A stretch of DNA of 64,000 nt, from assembly GCA_902825845.1 (NCBI GenBank), contig CADECM010000022.1, positions 160-64,159 on the forward strand, given 5' to 3'. The position numbers and the translations under genes are program-made. This DNA is from an uncultured beta proteobacterium (GTDB lineage Bacteria; Pseudomonadota; Gammaproteobacteria; Burkholderiales; SG8-41). The notes below the pieces were generated by a model. That model did not search any database, was not told the origin of the DNA, and was given only the letters and a program-made list of their open reading frames with translations. Shown here in pieces: positions 1 through 9,900 of this stretch (position 1 is the first letter of the stretch; each line of letters opens with the position of its first letter).

Positions 1-21
1 CACACTGCAGGAGTCTCTCAA

Positions 22-915
22 GTGAAAATCGGTTTCGCAGGCACCGGCCGCATGGGCGCCGCAATGGCAGAACGGCTACTGGCACATGGCCATGAAGTGG
101 TGGTATGGAACCGAACAGCGGCCAAGACGCGGCCACTGGCGGAAGCCGGCGCACAGATCGCTGCGACGCCTGCCGAGGTCTCCACGCGCAGCGAACTGAT
201 CATGACCATCTTGACCGATGCTGACGCCATACAAGCCACCTACAGCGGAGCGCGAGGCCTGCTTGAAGGCGCGGTGACAGGCAAATTGTTCGTTGAAATG
301 AGCACCGTACGGCCCGAAGTCGAGCGCCAGCTGGCGCAAGCGGTCAATGCAAAGGGTGCTTTCATGATTGATTGCCCGGTGGGGGGCACGGTCGGCCCCG
401 CACGCGACGGCAAACTGCTGGGGCTTGCCGGCGGCGATGCCCTGCACGTGGCCCGCGCCAGGCCGGTGCTCGACCAATTGTGCCGGCGTGTGGATCACTG
501 CGGCCCGATTGGCGCGGGCGCCAGCATGAAACTGGCGATTAATCTGCCGCTGTCGGTATACTGGCAGGCGCTGGGGGAGGCACTGGTACTGTGTCAGTCG
601 CTGGGACTCGATCCCGCAAAACTGATCGAGATTTTTTCCGAAACGTCCGGTGGACCGAATGTGTTGAAAACCCGGGGCCCCGCACTGATCGGTGCATTGA
701 GCGGTGTCGCGCCGCACCCCGTAACCTTCGACATCGATTCCATCCGCAAGGACTTGCGCACCATGCTGGAAGAAGGACAGGCGCTGGGGCGGGAATTGCC
801 CTTGTCGGCGCGCTCGCTCGAATGCTATGACAAAGCCTCCGGCAACGGACTCGGGCCCGCCGACGCGGTGATGATGACAGTAGCGTTCGCGCAGCGCAGC
901 GCCAAGCGGACGTAA
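22..915 (+). CDS. NAD(P)-dependent oxidoreductase, 3-hydroxyisobutyrate/6-phosphogluconate dehydrogenase-like family
   Basis: 297-aa ORF with N-terminal Rossmann motif KIGFAGTGRMG and a GTG start. The opposite-strand 280-aa ORF is judged a GC shadow. Confidence 0.8.
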   Translation: MKIGFAGTGRMGAAMAERLLAHGHEVVVWNRTAAKTRPLAEAGAQIAATPAEVSTRSELIMTILTDADAIQATYSGARGLLEGAVTGKLFVEMSTVRPEVERQLAQAVNAKGAFMIDCPVGGTVGPARDGKLLGLAGGDALHVARARPVLDQLCRRVDHCGPIGAGASMKLAINLPLSVYWQALGEALVLCQSLGLDPAKLIEIFSETSGGPNVLKTRGPALIGALSGVAPHPVTFDIDSIRKDLRTMLEEGQALGRELPLSARSLECYDKASGNGLGPADAVMMTVAFAQRSAKRT

Positions 916-939
916 CAAAAGCGATGGAGACGGGCTACG

Positions 940-1596
940 CTACCGCTTGTGCAAGGCATCCAGTAACGGGTCTTTGGTATCCAGAATGCCGGACACCGTG
1001 CACGCGTTCTTGCGCCCTCGCGTGATCGTCATGGAACCGTTGATTTCCCCAGGCATGCCGCAGAATCTGCCGCGTTGTACCTGTTCGAATTCAAACACGT
1101 AGGCATCGGACCGGGTACGGATCAAGAACCGCCCCTCAGGCGTATGCACGCGCGTCGCGCCGTCCCGTGTCAGCCGCCACTTGGTTCCAGGCGAGTTGCG
1201 CGCAAAATCGAAGGCGCAGGTACGCGGTTTCCATTTACTGTAATACGCAAAATTGGCGATTTGACCGCCGCGCGCCTCGAACGCCATGCGTGCGTGCAGA
1301 TCCTCTACACCATGCTTGCAGTCGATGCGCTCCAGCGCGCCCTTCCCCACTGCCACGGGTGCGGGTCTGTCGCCGGGCACATCGGCCATCGGATCGATTC
1401 TGGGCAACGCAGGCTCTTCAGCCACTGCCGGCGGTTCAGCCGGTGCCTCGGGCTCGGCAGCCGGTTCAGGACGCGGCGTTGCAATAATTCCACCCTCCTC
1501 TTTTGATACCAGCGGTGGCGGCGCGCACGCACCGACCAAAACCGCAACCAGCATCACCGAGAATAGCGTTTTAAACGGGATACGCTGCATGTGCAT
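940..1596 (-). CDS. putative lipoprotein, unknown function (paralog A)
   Basis: Signal peptide plus lipobox LVGAC, a Pro/Glu/Ala-rich linker, then a ~130-aa domain with 4 Cys. Clearly paralogous to the next gene (RIDPMAD..ERIDC..ARGGQ..FAYY.KW..RTC..FARN.PGTKWR..DGATRVHTP.GRF). Confidence 0.6.
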   Translation of the reverse strand: MHMQRIPFKTLFSVMLVAVLVGACAPPPLVSKEEGGIIATPRPEPAAEPEAPAEPPAVAEEPALPRIDPMADVPGDRPAPVAVGKGALERIDCKHGVEDLHARMAFEARGGQIANFAYYSKWKPRTCAFDFARNSPGTKWRLTRDGATRVHTPEGRFLIRTRSDAYVFEFEQVQRGRFCGMPGEINGSMTITRGRKNACTVSGILDTKDPLLDALHKR

Positions 1597-1663
1597 TTCC
1601 TTTCAAACGATAGTTCACCGCGTGCCGGCCGTGTCCCTGCCGATACCAAGCCCTGATCTTTCG

Positions 1664-2254
1664 TCATTCATTGCCGGTATTGGCAAACCCTGTCGTCGAA
1701 CACGCGCGATTCCTTGCGCCGCGGCCAATGGTCATGGTGCCGTTCATCCAGCCGCCGCTACTGCAAAAACTGCGTCGGGACACATCCTGAAACTCCAGCT
1801 CATAAGCATTGGCGACCGCGCGAATGACAAACCGCCCCTGCGGCGTATGCACGCGCGTGGCCCCATCCGGTGTCTGCCGCCACTTGGTACCCGGGGCATT
1901 GCGGGCAAATTCGAGCGAACAGGTGCGTAGCTGCCATTTGTTGTAGTAGGCGAAATAGGTAACCTGTCCGCCGCGCGCCTCGATGCCCAAACGATGCTTG
2001 TCGTCCGTTCCAGTCGAGCAATCGATCCGTTCGCCGGCGCCCTTGAGCGCCGGCAGCGGCACATCGCCGGCGATATCGGCCATGGGGTCAATCCGCTTCA
2101 CGGCCGGTTCCGCCCTGGCAACTTGCACGGCCTGAGGTGCGGGCTGCGCCACCGCAGGCTTTGGCGCCGGCGCCGGGCCACTCTGAGCACAGGCACCCAA
2201 CAACCCTGCACACAGTGCCAGTGCTGTGTAACGTAACTCCCCGGCTGCTCGCAT
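1664..2254 (-). CDS. putative lipoprotein, unknown function (paralog B)
   Basis: Lipobox LLGAC. Same conserved C-terminal domain and Cys pattern as 940..1596. Confidence 0.6.
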   Translation of the reverse strand: MRAAGELRYTALALCAGLLGACAQSGPAPAPKPAVAQPAPQAVQVARAEPAVKRIDPMADIAGDVPLPALKGAGERIDCSTGTDDKHRLGIEARGGQVTYFAYYNKWQLRTCSLEFARNAPGTKWRQTPDGATRVHTPQGRFVIRAVANAYELEFQDVSRRSFCSSGGWMNGTMTIGRGARNRACSTTGFANTGNE

Positions 2255-2474
2255 ATATTCTCCTCGTTATTGTATTGAACGCTGCCGTTGGCTCGCGACA
2301 GCCGCGTAAGACTGCCCGCGCAATCCACTGTGCCGGTCGGTGCGCCAAGCCGCTTCATCAACACGCCGGCATCCGCAACAATCACCCGGCGCTTTGCAGC
2401 CAACCCGCACCGCGGCCAGCAAACGCCCGAAACCGTAACCGCATCGCCATGCCTTGTCAAACGCGCGTGAAAAT

Positions 2475-3161
2475 TCAGCTGCAAAAATGCCGCTGCGCAA
2501 TCATCAAATCGTCGGGCCAAGTCACTTTCAGGTTGCCCGGACTGCCCAAAACCAGCAATGGCTTGAGTCCCAATTGCTCCACCGCGCCGGCCTCATCGGT
2601 TACCCGTGCCGGGTCGGCCCTGCGCAGCGCCTCCAGCAACAAGCGGTAGCGGAACATTTGCGGCGTCTGCGCCTGCCACAAGTGCTCGCGCGGCGTTGTC
2701 TCGACAACGCGTTGCGACGCGTCCGCGCGCTTGAGTGTGTCAGCCACGGGCAACGCGAGCAGGCCGCCAACATTGTCTGCCGCGAGTTCATTCACGAGCC
2801 GGTCGATCAGCGCGGACGTCAGGCAAGGGCGCGCTGCGTCATGCACCAGGATCCAGTCGTCGGGTTCCACCACTTCGAGCAGGGCGACCAGCCCATTCAA
2901 CACGCTGGCGGCACGAGAAGCACCACCGCAGTACAGCGGCTCCAGTTTGCCGTCGAAGGCGCTCCAGTCGTAGCGCCTGAACCAATCATCCTGCGGCGCC
3001 AGCACCACGAAAACCTGCCGCACGTTCGCATGGGCGGACAATACATCCACGGCATAATGCAGCAGTGGCTTTCCGCCAAGTGCTTGATATTGTTTTGGAA
3101 TCTCCCCGCCGAGGCGGCTGCCAGCGCCAGCGGCGGGAATCAGGGCGTAAAAATCGGGCAT
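2475..3161 (-). CDS. ispD: 2-C-methyl-D-erythritol 4-phosphate cytidylyltransferase
   Basis: N-terminal ALIPAAGAGSRLGGEIPKQY motif and IspD-like length (228 aa) from ATG 3161. The longer 301-aa ORF N-terminus has no IspD-like sequence. Confidence 0.85.
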   Translation of the reverse strand: MPDFYALIPAAGAGSRLGGEIPKQYQALGGKPLLHYAVDVLSAHANVRQVFVVLAPQDDWFRRYDWSAFDGKLEPLYCGGASRAASVLNGLVALLEVVEPDDWILVHDAARPCLTSALIDRLVNELAADNVGGLLALPVADTLKRADASQRVVETTPREHLWQAQTPQMFRYRLLLEALRRADPARVTDEAGAVEQLGLKPLLVLGSPGNLKVTWPDDLMIAQRHFCS

Positions 3162-3291
3162 CGCTGCATGCTTCACAAAATCTTGAGCCGACGGCCATTC
3201 TAACAGGCGTGTTCCCTCTATAATGGCATCCGTTGGCGCGCCGTGTGACGAACCTGCGCCACGGAAATCAACCTGAATGAAAGGATTTACC

Positions 3292-3756
3292 ATGGGCTTA
3301 CTCGACTCCATACTCGGTTCCGTGCTGGGTGGCGGGCAAAACCAGAATTCTGGACAGGCTGCGCTGATCAATGCCGTCATTCAGATGATTGCCAACAAGG
3401 GCGGCAGCGGTGCCATGGGCAACGCCATGAACAGCGGCGGTGGCGGTGGCTTGGGTGGTCTTGGCGGGCTGATCGGTGCATTGACACAGGGCGGCCTTGG
3501 CAATGTGGCAAGTTCCTGGGTCGGCACGGGCCAGAACCTGCCGATATCACCGGAGCAACTGCAAAATGCACTGGGTGGAGGCGGCGGCGGCCTGCTGGCA
3601 CAAATTGCGCAGCAGGCGGGCATGTCCCACGGCGACGCTGCTTCGGGCTTGTCGCAGGTTCTGCCCGGGCTGATCGACAAACTCACACCGGACGGCCAGT
3701 TGCCGCAGCAGGACACCCTCGAAAACCTGCTGGGTTCGCTCAACATCGGCAGATAG
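3292..3756 (+). CDS. YidB/DUF937 family protein
   Basis: MGLLDSILGSVLGG N-terminus, Gly-rich middle, C-terminal VLPGLIDKLTPDGQLP. AAGGA lies upstream of ATG 3292; an alternative ATG is at 3277. Confidence 0.7.
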   Translation: MGLLDSILGSVLGGGQNQNSGQAALINAVIQMIANKGGSGAMGNAMNSGGGGGLGGLGGLIGALTQGGLGNVASSWVGTGQNLPISPEQLQNALGGGGGGLLAQIAQQAGMSHGDAASGLSQVLPGLIDKLTPDGQLPQQDTLENLLGSLNIGR

Positions 3757-3767
3757 TTGCCACACGC

Positions 3768-4595
3768 ATGGCCAGCGTACGCCCGGCGGCAATTGCGGGG
3801 ATGTTTTACCCCGGGTCCGGCGCAGCGCTGGCACGCGATGTGGATGCCCTGCTGGCCGGCGCGCAATCTGACGCGGCGGCTGCGACACGGCGTGCCCCCA
3901 AGGCCATCATCGCACCGCACGCCGGATTCATTTATTCCGGGCCGATCGCAGCCCGCATCTACGCACTGATCGCACCGGCGCGCGCGTGCATCCGGCGCGT
4001 GGTATTGCTCGGACCGACACACCGCGTGGCGATACACGGCATGGCGTTGCCCGGCGTCGACGCATTTGCCACGCCACTGGGCACGGTGACTGTCGATACC
4101 GGCGCCGTCGATGCGCTAATGCAATTATCCTTTGTCGGTGTCAGCGCCGAGGCGCACCGGCTGGAACATGCGCTCGAAGTGCAGCTGCCGTTTCTGCAGA
4201 CAGTCATCGACGACTTCACACTGGTGCCGCTGGCGGTGGGACGCGCCAGCGCGCAGCAGGTGGCCGATGCCATCGACCTGCTGTGGGGCGGCGACGAAAC
4301 ATTGATTGTCGTCAGCTCCGATCTGTCGCATTACCTGCCCTATGCCGAGGCGCAGGCGACGGATCGCGCGACGGCACAGGCGATCATCGGCCTGCGTACC
4401 GATATCACCCACCATCAGGCCTGTGGCGCCACACCCGTATCGGGGCTGAACCTGCTCGCCCGGCGGCACGGCCTCACACCGCGGCTCATCGATCTGCGTA
4501 ACTCGGGCGATACCGCGGGCGACCCATCGCGCGTGGTGGGCTACGCCGCGATTGCCTACGACGCACCGGCGCCCGATGGCACCTCTGCACACTGA
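3768..4595 (+). CDS. AmmeMemoRadiSam system protein B (MEMO1-like)
   Basis: 275 aa with RPAAIAGMFYPG and APHAGFIYSG motifs typical of Memo-like proteins. First gene of a 3-gene cassette. Confidence 0.8.
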   Translation: MASVRPAAIAGMFYPGSGAALARDVDALLAGAQSDAAAATRRAPKAIIAPHAGFIYSGPIAARIYALIAPARACIRRVVLLGPTHRVAIHGMALPGVDAFATPLGTVTVDTGAVDALMQLSFVGVSAEAHRLEHALEVQLPFLQTVIDDFTLVPLAVGRASAQQVADAIDLLWGGDETLIVVSSDLSHYLPYAEAQATDRATAQAIIGLRTDITHHQACGATPVSGLNLLARRHGLTPRLIDLRNSGDTAGDPSRVVGYAAIAYDAPAPDGTSAH

Positions 4596-5145
4596 GGCCG
4601 CCGACACCCTGCTGCCGATCGCGCGCGCCGCGATTGGCGCGCAGCTGGGCAAGGCGCACCCTGCGGACGAAAGCGCCGCGTGGCTGCGCGAGCCTGGCGC
4701 CTCGTTCATTACGTTGAATCTCGATCACAAGCTGCGCGGCTGCATCGGCTCGCTGCGCGCACATCGCCCGCTGCTGGACGACATCAAAGCCAATGCGCTC
4801 GCCGCCGCATTCAAGGATCCGCGCTTCAAACCGCTCAGCGCCATCGAATACGACAGCATCGTCGTTGAAATTTCGCTGTTGTCGGATTTAACGCCGCTGA
4901 GCTTCAGCGACGAAGGCACCGCATTGGCGCAACTTCAGCCGCACGTGCATGGCGTGATCTTCGAATACGGCCACCACCGCAGCACCTATCTGCCGCAGGT
5001 GTGGGAAAGCTTTGCCGATCCCGCCATGTTCCTCGCCACGCTCAAGCAAAAAGCAGGGCTGCCGCCCAACTTCTGGGAGCCCGGGGTGAAGTTGCACACC
5101 TACACCGTCGCCAAGTTCAGCGAGTCGCCGCCGCAGCTAGGCTGA
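4576..5145 (+). CDS. AmmeMemoRadiSam system protein A (AMMECR1 domain)
   Basis: LRGCIGSL core motif of AMMECR1. ATG 4576 overlaps the upstream stop by 20 nt. Confidence 0.8.
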   Translation: MAPLHTEAADTLLPIARAAIGAQLGKAHPADESAAWLREPGASFITLNLDHKLRGCIGSLRAHRPLLDDIKANALAAAFKDPRFKPLSAIEYDSIVVEISLLSDLTPLSFSDEGTALAQLQPHVHGVIFEYGHHRSTYLPQVWESFADPAMFLATLKQKAGLPPNFWEPGVKLHTYTVAKFSESPPQLG

Positions 5146-5147
5146 CA

Positions 5148-6254
5148 ATGGACGCCTATCCCGCCCGCTGGTGGCATCTGCTCGACGACGGGCGCATGCA
5201 GTGTGACCTGTGCCCGCGCGATTGCAGGCTGCATGACGGCCAGCGCGGCGCGTGTTTTGTGCGCGAGCGCCACGGCAACCAGATGGTGCTCACCACCTAC
5301 GGCCGTTCCTCCGGCTTTTGCATCGATCCCATTGAAAAGAAACCGCTGAATCAGTTTTATCCCGGCTCCAGCATACTGTCGTTCGGCACCGCTGGCTGCA
5401 ACCTCGCCTGCAAGTTCTGCCAGAACTGGGACATCAGCAAATCGCGCGACATGGATCGCCTTGCCGATCGGGCCACGCCCGAAGCCATTGCGCAGGCGGC
5501 GGTCAGGGGCGGCTGCAAAAGCGTGGCCTTCACCTACAACGATCCGGTGATTTTTGCCGAATATGCGATGGACATCGCCGATGCCTGCCACGCGGTCGGT
5601 GTGCAAACCGTCGCTGTCACCGCGGGCTACATCCACGATGCGCCGCGGCGCGCGTTCTTCGCCAAAATGGACGCTGCCAATGTCGATCTCAAGGCGTTTA
5701 TCGATGCGTTCTATTTCAAGCAGTGCGCGGCGCATCTGCAGCCGGTGCTGGATACGCTGGTATATCTGAAGCACGAAACGAATGTGTGGCTTGAAATCAC
5801 AACGCTGCTGATTCCCGGCAAAAACGATTCCGACGAAGAACTCACCACACAGTGCCAATGGATCATGCGGCACCTCGGCCCCGACGTGCCGCTGCACTTC
5901 ACCGCATTTCATCCGGATTACAAAATGCGTGATATCCACGCCACGCCGCCGGCCACGCTCACGCGCGCGCGCGACATCGCGTTAAAGGCGGGCTTGCATT
6001 ACGTGTATACCGGCAACGTGCACGACGAGCACGGCGGCTCGACGTACTGTCCCGGCTGCCAACAGCCGCTGATCCTGCGCGATTGGTATCGCATCGACGA
6101 ATACCGCATCACCGCCGACGGCAACTGTCCCCATTGTGGCGCTGCGATCGCCGGACGGTATGCGGAAAAGTTCGACAAGCCGTTTGGTCCGCGGCGCGTC
6201 CCGCTTGGCATCGGCCGCCAATCACCTCCAGGGCATTTTAATAAATTTGTTTAA
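5148..6254 (+). CDS. AmmeMemoRadiSam system radical SAM enzyme
   Basis: CNLACKFCQNW radical-SAM cluster motif plus N-terminal Cys-rich CDLCPRDC..GAC. ATG 5148 starts 3 nt after the upstream stop. Confidence 0.85.
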   Translation: MDAYPARWWHLLDDGRMQCDLCPRDCRLHDGQRGACFVRERHGNQMVLTTYGRSSGFCIDPIEKKPLNQFYPGSSILSFGTAGCNLACKFCQNWDISKSRDMDRLADRATPEAIAQAAVRGGCKSVAFTYNDPVIFAEYAMDIADACHAVGVQTVAVTAGYIHDAPRRAFFAKMDAANVDLKAFIDAFYFKQCAAHLQPVLDTLVYLKHETNVWLEITTLLIPGKNDSDEELTTQCQWIMRHLGPDVPLHFTAFHPDYKMRDIHATPPATLTRARDIALKAGLHYVYTGNVHDEHGGSTYCPGCQQPLILRDWYRIDEYRITADGNCPHCGAAIAGRYAEKFDKPFGPRRVPLGIGRQSPPGHFNKFV

Positions 6255-6270
6255 AATCCATTACTTATAA
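6240..6270 (+). repeat. AT-rich boundary motif, copy a
   Basis: AATAAATTTGTTTAAAATCCATTACTTATAA. Contains the TAA stop of the rSAM gene, and the convergent gene's stop lies 2 nt beyond it. Confidence 0.65.
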
Positions 6271-6271
6271 T

Positions 6272-6934
6272 CTACTCTCCGCCACAACCGCTGCCGCCGT
6301 CCGAACCGCCGTCACTGCTAAAGCCGAGATCGCCAAAGCCGCCGCTGCCCCCAAATTCGGTGGCACAGGTAACGCTAAGCGTGTTAGCGTCCCCCGGTTT
6401 ATCGCGTAATGCATCGCAATCAGGCGCGTAGCGAAAACCGTTTTCGATGTTGAGCTTGCTGTCGAGCGCAAACAACAACGGCAGGCGCGAGGGCGTCAAT
6501 GGATGGATGGTTTCATCGCGGCACGCCAGCACCCAGGTGCGCCGCAGGCCCTGATTGGCGACGGATTGCGACCCCAGCACCACCGCCGGCGTGTGATGCA
6601 AAAACTTGCCGAACGCCTTTTTGCAGAATGCATCGTAGTGTTTGGTGAACAGTATAAATTCGTGCCACAGGTCATCGACGACCTTGGACGGCATCGACAC
6701 GAACTCGCCCTTGGCCATCAGGTTGCACAAGAAGAATTTGCGCAAGCCGCGCGCGACCAGTTGCTGTTGTTTCAGGGTGAGATCGGGATATTTGGCCGCA
6801 AGCCGCGCCAGCAAACCCTGTGGAAATGAATACGTGCGTATGAATTCCGTACGCCTCATGCGTTGCAGCGCCTGGTACAGGCCGCCCGCAATGATGAAAG
6901 CCATGAAGGCGACAAAAAACGCGACCATCGTCAT
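6272..6934 (-). CDS. hypothetical membrane protein with Gly/Ser/Asp-rich C-terminal tail
   Basis: N-terminal TM helix MTMVAFFVAFMAFIIAGG, a conserved-looking DDLWHEFILFTKHYDAFC..HHTP block, and the tail GGSGGFGDLGFSSDGGSDGGSGCGGE. GGGGGA lies upstream of ATG 6934. Confidence 0.55.
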   Translation of the reverse strand: MTMVAFFVAFMAFIIAGGLYQALQRMRRTEFIRTYSFPQGLLARLAAKYPDLTLKQQQLVARGLRKFFLCNLMAKGEFVSMPSKVVDDLWHEFILFTKHYDAFCKKAFGKFLHHTPAVVLGSQSVANQGLRRTWVLACRDETIHPLTPSRLPLLFALDSKLNIENGFRYAPDCDALRDKPGDANTLSVTCATEFGGSGGFGDLGFSSDGGSDGGSGCGGE

Positions 6935-6998
6935 TGTTATTCCCCCTGTCGGCGGCCCTTGACGCCAGCGCCCGCCGGTATAATAGAGCCTTTTTATC

Positions 6999-9900
6999 AT
7001 GCCGTTGTTAGCACCACCACGGCCCGGCGAACGCGCCCGGGCCGGCCCCTTTCACGGCTCCAGCGATGCGCTTGCCATCGCCGAGTTGGCGGGCTCGGTG
7101 CGTCCGCTGCTGGCTATCACCGCGGACGCTACCACCGCGCAGCGGCTGCAAGGCGAGATCGCGTTCTTCGCCCCCGCGCTCAAAACCTGCGTCTTTCCTG
7201 ACTGGGAAACGCTGCCCTACGACACGTTTTCCCCGCATCACGATCTGGTGTCGGAACGGCTGGCCACGCTCTATGAAATGATGCGCGGCGCCTTCGATGT
7301 GGCCATCGTGCCGGTGACCACCGCGCTGACGCGCCTGATGCCGGTCGAGTACCTCGCCGCCAACACGTTTTTCTTCAAGCAGGGCGGCAAGCTCGCGATC
7401 GACGCATTGCGGCACCAATGCACCATCGCCGGCTACACCCATGTGACGCAGGTGGTGGCGCCCGGCGAATACAGCATCCGCGGCGGTCTCATCGATATTT
7501 TCCCGATGGGCAGCGCCCTGCCCTACCGCATTGATCTGTTCGACGAGGACATTGATTCCATCCGCAGCTTTGATGTGGATTCGCAGCGCTCGATCTACAA
7601 GGTGAACGAAGTGCGCCTGTTGCCCGCGCGCGAATTTCCGATGAACGAGGCTGCGCAGACACTGTTCCGGCAGAATTTTCGTATCAAGTTCGAAGGCGAC
7701 CCGTCGAAAAGCCGCGTCTACAAGGACGTCTCCAAGGGCGTGCCCAGTGCCGGCATCGAATACTACCTGCCGCTGTTCTTTGAAAGCACCGCACGCTTTA
7801 CCGACTACCTGCCGGCCGGCACGGTGGTCTGCGCCGTGCATGGGCAAGCCGCTCTGCAGGCAGCCGTCGACGCGTTCTGGCAGGACACCCACAGCCGCTA
7901 CGCCACCCTGCGCGGCGACCGCGCCAATCCGGTGATGCCGCCGCACGATCTGTTTCTGGCGCCGGACGAATTCTTCGGTTCCATCAAACCCTTTCCGCGG
8001 CTTGAATTTGTGCCGGCCGTCGCCGCGCCGGCGGAAGCAACCGGAGTCGTGGCGGATGCGCCCACAGCAGTGCTGCCCGCGCTGGGCGTGGAGCGCCGCG
8101 CTGACAATCCGCTGCACCGGCTGCACCAGTTCCTGGCGAGCTACTCCGGCCGCGTATTACTGCTCGCCGACAGCCCGGGCCGGCGCGAAACCATGCAAAC
8201 GTTTCTCGCCGAATATGATTTGCGTCCCGCGGCCGCCGCCAGCTACGCGGAATTCACCGCATCGGCCGAGCGCGTCATGCTCGGTGTGGCACCGCTGCAG
8301 ACCGGCTTTACGCTGGCGGATCACAGCCTCGCCATCATTACCGAAAACGAGCTGTATGCCACGCAGGCACGCAACCGCAATACACGCGAGGGTCGCAAAA
8401 CCACCGCCGAGGGCATGCTGCGCGACCTGTCCGAGGTCAAGACCGGCGATCCGGTGGTACATGAGCAGCACGGCATCGGCCGGTATCTCGGCCTGCACAG
8501 CATGGATCTGGGCGACGGCCCCGGCGGTCAACTATGCGAGTTCCTGACGCTGGAATACGCGCGTGGCGACAAGCTCTACGTGCCGGTGTCCAGCCTGCAT
8601 CTGATCAGCCGCTACAGTGGCGCCTCGCCGGAACAGGCGCCGCTGCACAGCCTCGGCGGCGAACAGTGGGAAAAGGCGAAAAAGAAGGCCGCCGAACAGG
8701 CGCACGACACCGCGGCCGAACTGCTCAACCTGTACGCGCAGCGCGCAACGCGCAAGGGCCACGCCTTCGCGCTCAAGCATCACGATTACGAAGCCTTTCG
8801 CGAAGGCTTTCCGTTCGAGGAAACCCCCGATCAGGCAGCCGCCATCAAGGCCACGCTCGACGATCTCACCAGCGGCAAGCCGATGGATCGCCTGGTATGC
8901 GGCGACGTGGGATTCGGCAAGACCGAAGTGGCATTGCGCGCGGCGTTCGTTGCCGTTGCTGACGGCAAACAGGTGGCGGTGCTGGTGCCCACCACCCTGC
9001 TGGCTGAGCAGCATTTCACCAGTTTCAGCGACCGCTTTGCCGACTGGCCGGTGAAGATCGCCGAGCTGTCACGCTTTCGTACGGCCAAAGAACAGACCGA
9101 GGCGTTGGCCGGGCTTGCCGCGGGCAGCGTCGACATCGCCATCGGCACCCACAAACTGGTGCAGCGCGGCGTCAAATTCAAGAACCTTGGCCTCGTCATC
9201 ATCGACGAGGAGCATCGCTTTGGTGTGCGCCACAAGGAGCAGTTGAAGGCGCTGCGTGCCGAGGTCGACGTGCTGACGCTGACCGCCACGCCGATTCCGC
9301 GCACCCTGGCGCTGTCGATGGAGGGCATGCGCGATTTTTCGGTGATCGCCACCGCGCCGCAGCGGCGTCTGGCGATAAAAACCTTCGTCACACGCTACTC
9401 CAAGGCGCAGATCCGCGAGGCCGCGCTGCGCGAACTCAAACGCGGCGGGCAGATTTATTTTTTGCACAATGACATCGACACCATCCGCCACGTCGAGGAA
9501 ACATTGACGCAGCTGCTGCCCGAAGCGCGCATCCGCGTGGCGCACGGGCAGATGCGCGAGCGCGAGCTGGAACTGGCGATGCGCGATTTCCATCAGCAGC
9601 GTTTCAACATTCTGCTGTGCACCACCATCATCGAAACCGGCATCGACGTGCCCACCGCCAACACTATCATCATCAACCGCGCCGACCGTTTCGGGCTGGC
9701 GCAATTGCACCAATTACGCGGGCGCGTTGGACGCTCGCACCATCAGGCCTACGCCTATCTGTTGCTGCCGGACGAGGGCAACATCACCACGCAGGCGAAA
9801 AAGCGCCTCGAAGCCATTCAGATGATGGAAGAACTGGGCTCCGGCTTCTTCCTCGCCATGCACGACCTGGAAATCCGCGGCGCGGGTGAAGTGCTGGGCG

